Assembly (NCBI RefSeq): GCF_006345805.1
Contig: NW_021835978.1
Coordinates: 1-64,000 of the forward strand
Direction of reading: 5' to 3'
Source of the DNA: Octopus sinensis
Lineage: Eukaryota
Length of the DNA stretch: 64,000 nt
Shown here: positions 52,888 to 64,000 of the stretch, in pieces
How positions within the stretch are numbered: the stretch's first letter is position 1
Layout of the letters: the number at the start of each line of letters is the position of its first letter
The notes under the pieces: model-generated
What the model saw: the letters and a program-made list of their open reading frames with translations, nothing else
What the model was told of the DNA's origin: nothing
The model's database searches: none
Position numbers and translations under genes: made by a program

Positions 52888-53138
52888 TGTCTGTATGTAT
52901 CCATATGGATGCATGTATTTGTGTATATATATGTGTGTGTATGTCTGCGTGTGTTTCCATCTCTCTCTTCTCTCTCTCATTCTCTCTCTCTCTCTCTCTC
53001 TGGATATGAATGTGTATATTTAAATGATGGATACACATTCATATCCAGAGAGAGAGAGAAAGAGAGAGACGAGGGATATGGAAACACACATACATATATA
53101 TACACAAATACATGCATCCATACGGATACATACAGACA
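52888..53138. repeat. Fold-back inverted duplication, ~110-130-bp arms, 13-nt loop
   Basis: ctctggatatgaatgtgtat / atttaaatgatgg / atacacattcatatccagag; outer arms also reverse-complementary. Confidence 0.9.
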
Positions 53139-53296
53139 CAAATGTACGCAAAAGACCTATAATTTGCTTCGAATTAAGAAAAACAAAACACACAGACACC
53201 TGTCTTGTTAATCCTTTTACTTTTACTTTTAATTTATTCATTTATTTGTTTGTTTTGTTTTTTAATTATAAAATTATATTAAAATAGTTACAATTC

Positions 53297-53325
53297 CGAC
53301 GGCGACGACGATGATGATAACGACA

Positions 53326-53359
<34 letters not shown>

Positions 53360-53845
53360 CGATGATGATGATGATGATGATGATGATGGTGATGGTGATG
53401 GTGATGATGGTGATGATGATGATGATGATGATAATGATGATGATGATAGTAATGATGATGATGATGATGATGGTGATGGTGATGATGGTGATGATGATGA
53501 TGATGATGATAGTAATGATGGTGATGATGATGATGATGATGATGATGATGGTGATGATGGTGATGATGGTGATGATGATGATAGTAATGATGGTGATGAT
53601 GATGATGATGGTGATGGTGATGATGGTGATGGTAATGATGGTGATGATGATGATGATGATGATAGTAATGATGGTGATGATGATGATGATGGTGATGATG
53701 GTGATGATGATGATGATGTTGATAGTAATGATGGTGATGATGATGGTGATGGTGATGATGGTGATGATGATGATGATGATAGTAATGATGGTGATGATGA
53801 TGATGATGATGATAGTAATGATGGTGATGATGGTGGTAATGATAT
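53297..53845. repeat. (GAT)n-derived array with recurring GATAGTAAT variant units
   Basis: Directly visible. Confidence 0.95.
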
Positions 53846-54221
53846 AGAGGACAAGAGGGAGGGGTGAAGAGGACGTGTTGGATGACAATCGTATCGCTAA
53901 TGATGCTTTACGCTGTTGTTGTTCGTGTTGGTGTTGGTGTTGGTAGTGGTGGTGGAAGTAATGTTATTGATGACGATGACGATGATGATGATGATGATAA
54001 TGATGATTATGATCATGATGCTGGACTTGATGACGATCATGACGTTGATGATGATAATGATGATGACAATGAAGCTGAGACAAATTTTTAGCAACATGTC
54101 AGAATGTGTGTGTGTGTGTGAGTGTGTGTGCGTGTGAATGTGTGTGTTTGTCTGTAAGTGACTGCCTGTTTGAGTGTGTGTGTGTGTGTATATACGTGTG
54201 TGTATGAGTGAGTGTAAGGCA

Positions 54222-54420
54222 GCGAAATGGTACAATCGTTAGCTCACTGGACAAAACAGTTACGGCATTTCTTCCGTGTTTACCTTTGTGAATTCAAATT
54301 CCGTTGTGGTCGACTTTGCCTTTCGTCATTTCGGGAATGATAAAACAGTACTGGGAATCTCTGCAATCAACTTATCCCTGCAACGAAACTGCTGGCCTTG
54401 TGCCAAACATCGAAGTCAAA
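54222..54420 (+). mobile_element. SINE family D, diverged
   Basis: gaattcaaattccgttgtggtcgactttgcc..ccttgtgccaaaca. Confidence 0.7.
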
Positions 54421-54937
54421 ATGAAAGTGTGTGTGTGGGGGGGGGGTGTTTATGTGTGCGCGCGTGTACGTGTTTGTGTTTATGTGTATGTCCGTCAGCG
54501 AGAGGAAAAGAAAATGAAGGAGAAAGAGAAAGAGGGAGACAGAGAAAAAGAGAGAGATTGGACGTCAGAGACAGAGATACGCGACGGAATTTAAGTTTAC
54601 GGAAAGTCATGTGCGTCAGATATTATTATTTGTAACGCAAGTGGTTTAGTTACGCTTGTATGAAACTTTGACAGACCCACAAATAAGGATTGAAAATGAG
54701 AAATTTAAAAGCAACGTCGAAGTCTTCTCTCAGATATTAGCTTTTCATATCCATACACACGCGCACACATATGATATGATATATAAATATATATATATAA
54801 GTATATACATTATATGAATGAACGTATGTGTATATACATATATATATGTACATATGTATATATATATATATTTGTACATATATTTATGTATATGTATACG
54901 TATATATGTATATATATGTATATTATATGTATATATG

Positions 54938-54997
<60 letters not shown>

Positions 54998-55102
54998 GCA
55001 TATTTATATATTATTTAAATCTCACAGGATGCAATTTTTCTTACTGATTTAGCGGAAAAGTTAGCTATGTATACAGTTTCATATCTGTGGTGTGTGGTGT
55101 GC

Positions 55103-55144
<42 letters not shown>

Positions 55145-56029
55145 GTGTATTGTGTGTATGTGTGTGCGTATTTATGTGTATATATACTCATGAACATACA
55201 CCTAGAGTAGACGAATCAGGCCCTCAGCAATGTCTTATTATGTTCAAATAATAAAACAAAACCTATCATTTTTAGAATTGAATTCTGTTATCTACTTTTT
55301 CTTTTCCATTCCTTAGACATCAGTATTTGCATACACGTGTATATATGCATACAAATACATATATACATATGTATGCATATGTATATATTAATTCATGCAT
55401 ACATATATAGATATACTTAAATATAAATTCACATATACATTCGTACATACACACATACGTACATACATATATACATATATGCATATATAGATATATATAA
55501 ATATAAATTCACATACACATACATACACACATACATACATACATACATACATACATACATACATACATACATACATACATACATACATACATACAACATA
55601 TTCGTGATCAGGCTCACCTATTTTCTTAACACTTGACCAAACCAAAATCTCTCGAACTTTCTCGAACGATTTACTGTCATAACTTGACGTCAAATGAACG
55701 CATAACACACAATGAGGCAACAGACAGTCACGTAATTACATGTGTGTGTGTCCATGTGTGCGTGTGTGCGTGTGTGCCTTGGCCTGACCGTTAATCCTTT
55801 TGTAGCTAAAATAATATTTTTTGTCAGACGTAAACTTCCTTGACAAACGCTTTGCAGAAAATCTCTTAGCGATATTCCACCTGTAAATGGCACCCAAACA
55901 CAGGCACGCACTGCGCACACGCAGTCATATACATCTGTATATGACTGATATTTTTTATTTTATGTATGCCTACGTATGTCTGTATGTATATGTCAATGTA
56001 TACGTTGATGCATATGTATATATATATTG

Positions 56030-56410
56030 ATAAAAACGGTAAGATAACAAAAGAAAGAAAGAGACCTCGATATTATGTAATTAGAGGAATTTATCTGTAA
56101 ATGTAATATGTGACAATTATTCGGTAGCCAAGATGAAACTCCGAGTTTCGGATGCCGAGGTGGAAATCCACGCCGCTATCTCTTCAGTTATCCAGCCATC
56201 GGAAAAACGCTATGTAAAATTACCGTTATACAAGGGGAAATTACTGTGTTATTGACCCCTATTAAGACAAAAAAGCTATTCGAATGAACACTAAGATGGC
56301 CGGACAACTGAAGAGATGGCGGCGTGAATTTCCACCTCGGCATCTGGAACTCGGAATTCTTTCTTGGCTACCGAAAAATTGTCACATATTACATTTACAG
56401 ATATATATAT
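56030..56410. mobile_element. Family F repeat arranged as an inverted pair (arms ~56091-56200 and ~56295-56404)
   Basis: The arms are reverse complements with scattered mismatches; each holds an HHR motif. Confidence 0.8.
56131..56193 (-). ncRNA. Type I hammerhead ribozyme (CUGAAGA core intact)
   Basis: ggataa CTGAAGA gatagcggc gtgg-attt-ccac ctcggcatcc GAAA ctcggag TT tcatct; the partner arm (56302-56365, +) has GAAA changed to GGAA. Confidence 0.7.
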
Positions 56411-56416
56411 ACATAT

Positions 56417-56631
56417 ACTCTTTTACTTGTTTCAGTCAGTTGACTTCGGCCATGCTGGAGCACCGCCTTTAGTTGAGCAAATCGACAACAGGACTTATTG
56501 TTTGGAAGCCTAGTACTTATTCTATCGGGGTCTTTCGCCGAACCGGTAAGTTACGGGGACGTAAACACACCACCATCGGTTGTCAAGCGACACACAAGCA
56601 TACATACACACCCACATACATACATACATAT

Positions 56632-56694
<63 letters not shown>

Positions 56695-56852
56695 GGACTT
56701 CTTTCTATTTCCGTCAACCAAATCCACTCACACAGGCTTTGTCGGCCCGAGGCTATAGTAGAAGACACTTGCCCAAGATGCCACGTAGTGGGACTGAACC
56801 CGGAACCATGTGGTTAGTAAGCAAGCAACTTACCACACAGCCACTCCTGCGC
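56417..56852 (-). mobile_element. SINE family C, full length
   Basis: Near-identical to 20459-20880. Confidence 0.92.
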
Positions 56853-56940
<88 letters not shown>

Positions 56941-56952
56941 TCTACCTATCTA

Positions 56953-57003
<51 letters not shown>

Positions 57004-57040
57004 CTATCTGTCTGTCTGTCTGTCTGTCTATGTATGTATG

Positions 57041-57095
<55 letters not shown>

Positions 57096-57096
57096 T

Positions 57097-57133
<37 letters not shown>

Positions 57134-57579
57134 AAACAAAACGATGACATTGGAAAGCCAGATGTCATGCTATAAGACGTGGTAGTATCTGAGTTGGGTT
57201 ACCTGGATGATATCCTACAGAATTATCAAGCCTTGGATATCAAGTGCACTCCATTTGGGAATGTTACATTTTCAGATCATACAGGCATAGAGACATATAT
57301 ATATATAATATATATATATATAATTATATATATATAATATATATACATATATAACATAAGTATATATAGAAACACACACACACTCGCACACACATGCGCT
57401 CGAACACACACACACGCACACTCACACACACATACACACATGCATACAGATAGATATACCATTTAATGTATAGTACTTAAATAACATTTCTCTCTCACTG
57501 TATAAATTTCTCTTTCGTTGAAGTTATATTGATGTAACAGCAAAATATACACACCACGCATATGTATATGTGTATATAC

Positions 57580-57612
<33 letters not shown>

Positions 57613-58237
57613 GTGTGTGTGGTGTGTGTGTGTATGTATATATGTACATATATGCATGCGTTTGTGTAAAAATATATGTATTTATAAAATTGGAAATTAT
57701 GAGATCCTTTATTATTTTCTATGATCGATTTTACCCTTCGCACACTGTGTTGCTGGGTAGATCGGTCGAAACGATTGAAGAGAATTATGAAGAATTTCAG
57801 GAATTTAGAAGCCTTTTTCACATATTCGATCTGTACTTATTCTTGTCAGCTAGCTAAGCTGATTAATAATCTATGGTTGAGCACTGAACTACATTGATCT
57901 GGTAACAAATTGTACAAACGGATAAGTGGAGTGAATGAATATAGAGTCAAGTGTTTTAACCAGCAGTAAAATTAATCTCGTGACCTATGGAGTAGACAGA
58001 CCACTACAATAGGCACTCAGCCAACGATGCGTTATAACAAAAGAGCATGAAGCGTTTCAATACGAGTGTGACAGATGATAAAATGGTGTTTAAAAGTAAT
58101 TAAGGGATTACACAGCAAAAGAAAAATATGGAGCTGCATTGAGCAGGTATGTTTCTTTAAATTCATCCTGACTGTACTCGGGAAAGATTTTGTGTTTGCG
58201 TTAGTGGCGTTAATACCCCACCAATCAGTTCTATTAG

Positions 58238-58281
58238 CGAGTGCATTTTGAAGTAATAAAGATTACTTCAAAATGCACTCG
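58238..58281. other. Perfect 20-bp hairpin with 4-nt loop
   Basis: cgagtgcattttgaagtaat aaag attacttcaaaatgcactcg. Confidence 0.95.
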
Positions 58282-58529
58282 GATCTCATAATTTCCAATT
58301 TTATAAATAAAAATTTCCATCGAGAATCGAACCTGTATTTTTACCATGGTCTTCGGAGAACGTTTTCCTTTTTCTTCTTGATCATTATCTTCATCTCACG
58401 GTGTTAAATGTCAACAATAAATGAAGCCAATAACAAGAAATTAACACAAACAAAAAGAAGAAAGAAAAATACAAATGAAAAATATAACTAGCGATTCCCT
58501 ACAAATTACGTCGAAAAAAACTGAGACAA

Positions 58530-58900
<371 letters not shown>

Positions 58901-60070
58901 AAGGCTATGTACAGAGAAAAAGAAGAAAAAAACATGGTTCGAGGAAGAAAGTAAGACGTAAAAAAAATAATAGAAGAGAAGAAAGACAAAAACGAAATGT
59001 ATCAAAAAGGAAGTCCGATAAAAACAATAATAAATACAACGGCATCATCATCATCATCATCATCATCGCCATCACCATCATCATCATCATCATTATCATC
59101 GGTTTAAAAACAAAATAATAGTAAGCAAGACGTATAGTAAAAAAAATTTACAAAGCAACAAAATAGAATTCTAAAAAAAAGAATTAACACAACCTAACAA
59201 ATAAAAATAAATTAGTGCAGCAAATATTTAAAAAAAGTGTAAAAGTGAAAGTAAAAGTAAAAATAAAAGTAAATAAGAGTAAAAGAAAGGTGGAATTTTA
59301 TACAAAGTGGAAATGTTTGAAGCAAATGTGATTTTATGGCTTAAGTTTAATTTCCGCCATCTTGCTACTTAACACTTCTTTCTGAAAATTGTCTGGTGAC
59401 AGAAGTAAATAATGTGAGTCATATTGTATGTGCTTGTGTATGTAGGTGTACGTGTATTTGTGTGTGTTTGCGAGAGAGAGAGAGTGGGGGAAGGCAGGGA
59501 GAAGGCAGACAGGCAGACAGAAGAAGAGATATACAGACAGTAAAACGGGGAGAAGGAGGGAGAGAGAGAGAGAGAGAGAGAGTAAATAGCTACATTACTG
59601 AAATTTCAGTTTTCAGACACCATTGCTGGTGCCGGTGTCGTGGTTAGAGAATCGGTGTGGTGGTCATGGGTGAATAGATGGTCCGCAGCAGCAGCTGAGG
59701 TGTTGGCGGCAGTGTTTGTGGTGATGTTAGTGGTGTTGGTGATACTAGTAATAGTAGTAGTAGTGATGGTTATGGCAGTTGTGGTGTTGGTGGTATTGTA
59801 GTTGTTGTTGTTGTTGGTTGTAGTAGTAGTAGTAGTAGTCAAGGTTGTGGTGCTGGTACTAGTGGTCCTAATGTTTATCGCAGTTCGTATGCGAGTGGCT
59901 TACGTTGTTAATCTGGACAAGCTCCACCGCCGGCAAAACTTCGAAATCACTTTCGAATTAGCTTCTCAAGTCAGACAGACGCGACTACACCTACCTACAG
60001 ATACCTCTATCTATCCATCTATTTATCTATCTATCTATCTATCTACCTATTCGATCGATCGATCTATGTG

Positions 60071-60119
<49 letters not shown>

Positions 60120-60225
60120 ACACACAAACACCCACATATATATATATATATATATACTATTCATTCGCATACACGCATGTGTATCTGCATCTATCTATTT
60201 TATACATACATACATACATATTATA

Positions 60226-60257
<32 letters not shown>

Positions 60258-60288
60258 TATACATACAGACATATACTTTATATATGTA

Positions 60289-60332
<44 letters not shown>

Positions 60333-60996
60333 ATGCCGTACGATTTATTACTTAATAGTAATAATAATGATAATAATAATAATATATGTGCGTGTGAGTT
60401 TGTGTATTTTCTAATTGACTTAAAAGCGCAGACTTCTGGCGGTTAAAACTGATGTAGTTAATCTTCCTGTTGAACAGTTTATAAAACATTGCTAAAACTT
60501 ATTCAATGACAAACGGTAGCGACGTCATAACGATCGTCAGGAGATAAGTAGAGAAAGAAAGAGGGGTGAGAGGTAAATTGAGTGAGAGAGAGAGAGAGTG
60601 AGAAAGAGAAATGCAAGGCCAGAGAAAGTGTGTGGATAGTCTCCAAATGAATTTTCTTGAAATAATCCATATATTTTTAAAATGCAGGGCTTCTTGTATT
60701 TTGAGCATTAATTTAGTGTGATAAACGAGCTGCTTCGTAGGTCATACTTTGTATGTAATGGAGGACAATTATTTTCTGATTGTCTTTTGTTGCTGCTGTT
60801 CTTGCGGCCGTCGATGCTGTTCTTTAGTTGTAGGTAGGCGTTATGTTCTATGACCAAAGCAGTATAGGGGCTTATTATATCAAGGCCGAAAGTTTCAAAC
60901 ACAAGTTTGAACCTGGCGGGATTTTAACGAAGAACGTATAAAGTTCGAAATAAATATGAACAGGCCTTTTATCCGACATTCTAACAAGACAGATTG

Positions 60997-61222
60997 TAAT
61001 GGGTTGGTGCATAAATATCGCGGAATTTTTTGCAATAAAGTTTATTCAACAAAAACAATAACAACATTTAACAAAAACATCTTGAAATGATTATTCTGGA
61101 GCATATTCACCATCTACTTCAGTTTCTGCATGGCGTTTTATTCAATCTGGCGTTTTGTTGACATTTTTTGTTGAATAAAATATATTGCAAAAAAGCCACA
61201 ATAGTTATACACCAACGTAATA
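60997..61222. mobile_element. Mariner-type MITE with ~60-bp imperfect TIRs
   Basis: taatgggttggtgcataaat..ttttttgcaata..ttattcaacaaaaa versus tttttgttgaataa..tattgcaaaaaa..tacaccaacgtaata; TA ends. Confidence 0.75.
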
Positions 61223-61234
61223 TTTAATGCGTCA

Positions 61235-61621
61235 TCGGAGGCGCAATGGCCCAGTGGTTAGGGCAGCGGACTCGCGGTTATAGGATCGCGGTTTCGATTC
61301 CCAGACCGGGCGTTGTGAGTGTTTATTGAGCGAAAACACCTAAAGCTCCACGAGGCTCCGGCAGGGGATGGCGGTGATCCCTGCTGTACTCTTTCACCAC
61401 AACTTTCTCTCACTCTTACTTCCTGTTTCTGTTGTACCTGTATTTGAAAGGGGCGGCCTTGTCACTCTCTGTGTCACGCTGAATATCCCCGAGAACTGCG
61501 TTAAGGGTACACGTGTCTGTGGAGTGCTCAGCCACTTACACGTTAATTTCACGAGCAGGCTGTTCCGTTGATTCGGATCAACCGGAACCCTCATCGTCGT
61601 AACCGACGGAGTGCTTTCAAA
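61235..61621 (+). mobile_element. SINE family A, full length with TSD
   Basis: A-box-like TGGCCCAGTGG, B-box GTTTCGATTCC; flanks atttaatgcgtca (61222-61234) and atttaatgtgtca (61622-61634). Confidence 0.92.
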
Positions 61622-61930
61622 ATTTAATGTGTCAGAACTGTTAGAGCTGTGTTTGTTGCAGTTCCCTTTGTCCTGCGTTCCAATCTCTACATTACCTCTC
61701 GTTCTTTCTAGGTTGATAATGTAGCAGAGAATAATGTAAAAGATAAAAAAATAGTGCAGAGAGACATAGCCCAGGTGTAGCCGTGAGATTATGAAGCTCG
61801 TTTTGAAATCACATGTTTTCTGAGTTCAGTCCCAATCCGTAGCAGCTTGGATAAATTTCTTCCATAGACCTGACCGACCGAGGGAATTTCATTGATAGCG
61901 GAAAGTGTATGGAAGCACGTCGTACGTATA

Positions 61931-62760
61931 TATTAGGTTATCCCATAAGTAATGTCGTTTTTTGTAGTATGCTTTAAAGAAATGAAAAAGCACGTGAGGT
62001 ACCAAATTAATCAACTAAATATTCCCCATCTGAATGACTAACATTCTTCCAATGATGCAAAAGGTTTTTTACGATCTTCCTATAGAAATCAACTGGTTTA
62101 GAAGAGAAAAATTCATGAAGTCCGTTTCAAGTGCTTCTAAGGGATTGTACTCTTTTCCATCAATAAATTTTGCAAGCTCTGGAAAAAATTATAATCCGAG
62201 GTCAGGAGAATATAGGGGATGTGGAAGCCTTTCCCGACCTAGCGTCTTAATCTTGGAACATGTGATTCTTGCACTATGAGGTCTGGCATTGTCAACATGA
62301 AAAAGGACACCCTTTCGATTGACTAGGGACCATCTTTTTGTTTAAGTTTTTCATTGAATCTATCAGTTTGTTCACTGTACATTCGAGATGTAATTGTCTT
62401 GCTTTGTTGCAAGGTTTCAAAGTGTATTACACCAAACATGTCCCACCAAACGCTTAACAAAACTTTCCAAGGTTGCAGATTAAGGTCAGCTTTCAACACA
62501 TCATGATCAAAAGAAACAGGGAGTCTAGAAGGGCAAGTATCTTCGAAGCTGAAGCATCCATGTTAAGATTTATAGAACCAACGTTGATACATGCCAACAC
62601 TTCTTGCACATTTTTTACAGCATTTGTTGCATCGTTGCTTGTTTTAATCTCGTACAACTTTTCTTTCTTCCGTATCGCATACCTTGTTGCCAGCTAGGCA
62701 TGATATGTCTATGATCCAGCATAGTTTTTTTTTCTCAATTAAGACTATGTCTGGCTTCCT
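61931..62760 (-). mobile_element. Mariner transposon remnant, internally deleted transposase
   Basis: Minus strand: VWWDMFGVIHFE..LVNRKGVLFHVDNARPH..LPHPLYSPDL (mariner DD34D region); TIR-like tattaggttatcccataagtaatgtcgtt at 61931. Confidence 0.88.
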
Positions 62761-62844
62761 ATCCTCTATCTCATGGTTGCACTGTATCATAACATCCCTT
62801 AGGAAATTTGCATTTTGATGATGCCTTCAGGTTTGTGGTCGTAC

Positions 62845-62914
<70 letters not shown>

Positions 62915-62942
62915 GTTGTTGTTGTTGTTGTTAATATTATTA

Positions 62943-63040
<98 letters not shown>

Positions 63041-63070
63041 CATTATTATTATAATCATCATCATCATGAT
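62845..63070. repeat. (TTA)n microsatellite
   Basis: Directly visible. Confidence 0.97.
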
Positions 63071-63074
63071 TAAG

Positions 63075-63455
63075 CAGCGAGCTAACAGAATCGTTAGCAC
63101 GCCGGACGAAATGCTTAGCGGTATTTCGTCTGCCGCTACGTTCTGGGTTCAAATTCTGCTGAGCTCGACTTTGCCTTTCATCCTTTCGGGGTCGATTAAA
63201 TAAGTACCAGTTACACACTGGTGTCGATATAATCGATTTAATCCCTTTGTCTGTCCTTGTTTGTCCCCTCTGCGTTTAACTCCTTGTGGGTAGTAAAGAA
63301 ATGGGTATTTCGCCCGTCGCTACGTTCTCAGTTCAAATTCCGCCGAGGTCGACTTCCATAATTTCTGGGGTTGATAAAATAAGTACCAGTTGAATACTGG
63401 GATCGATGTAATCGAATCATCCCCTGCTCCAAAAATGCTGCCCTTTTGGCAAAAT
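63075..63455 (+). mobile_element. SINE family D dimer
   Basis: Family D unit plus a second partial unit. Confidence 0.88.
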
Positions 63456-63462
63456 TTGAAAC

Positions 63463-63537
<75 letters not shown>

Positions 63538-63944
63538 CATTGATATTCCAGGAAACCTATATGATTAAGGTAAAATATTCAGGTTTATCCAACGGAAATA
63601 TATCTCTAAATTCTTATCTGATGTGAAATATTATGGGATTTATATCTTAAGTTTTGAATAACCTGCTTTGAATACCTAACAGTGAACAAACTTGTAAAAT
63701 ATTTGGAGAAATCCGTTATTAATCACCATTGGATTCTTCATATATTTATATATGGGTGGTTGCTGACATATTTTTTCGCGTATGGATATTTTATCCTGTC
63801 TCTGCTGTTCTGCGTTTGTGCGCTTGAAAATAAATTATCTTATTTGTATCTCATTATACATATTTCGGCGTTTTCAAGGCAGACATTGGTTTGATTTTAT
63901 TTATCCAGTTATACACACACATACACATACACACGCACACACAC

Positions 63945-64000
<56 letters not shown>

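Overview
AT-rich, microsatellite-saturated animal genomic DNA. The repeat landscape resembles an octopod cephalopod (Octopus-like), but that is recognition from memory, not a database result. No host protein-coding exon could be supported, and nearly all ORFs in the supplied track are artefacts of (TA)n, (CA)n, (TATC)n and triplet repeats. The window is a transposon graveyard containing: two Penelope-like (GIY-YIG) remnants; a 5'-truncated R4/Dong-type LINE sitting in a (TAA)n tract; CR1, RTE and probable HERO LINE fragments; mariner remnants and MITEs; and about 30 copies of four tRNA-derived SINE families (my working labels A-D). The main signal not explained by the ORF track is RNA-level: about ten minimal type I hammerhead ribozyme (HHR) motifs from several unrelated repeat families on both strands. 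Several have intact cores, one lies inside a tRNA-headed SINE-like element, and one family forms an inverted pair. Also present are a ~1.9 kb tandem duplication (possibly an assembly artefact) and several perfect or near-perfect inverted repeats. HHR pairings were done by eye. Element boundaries are approximate (roughly +/-20 bp) unless defined by a TSD, TIR or motif.
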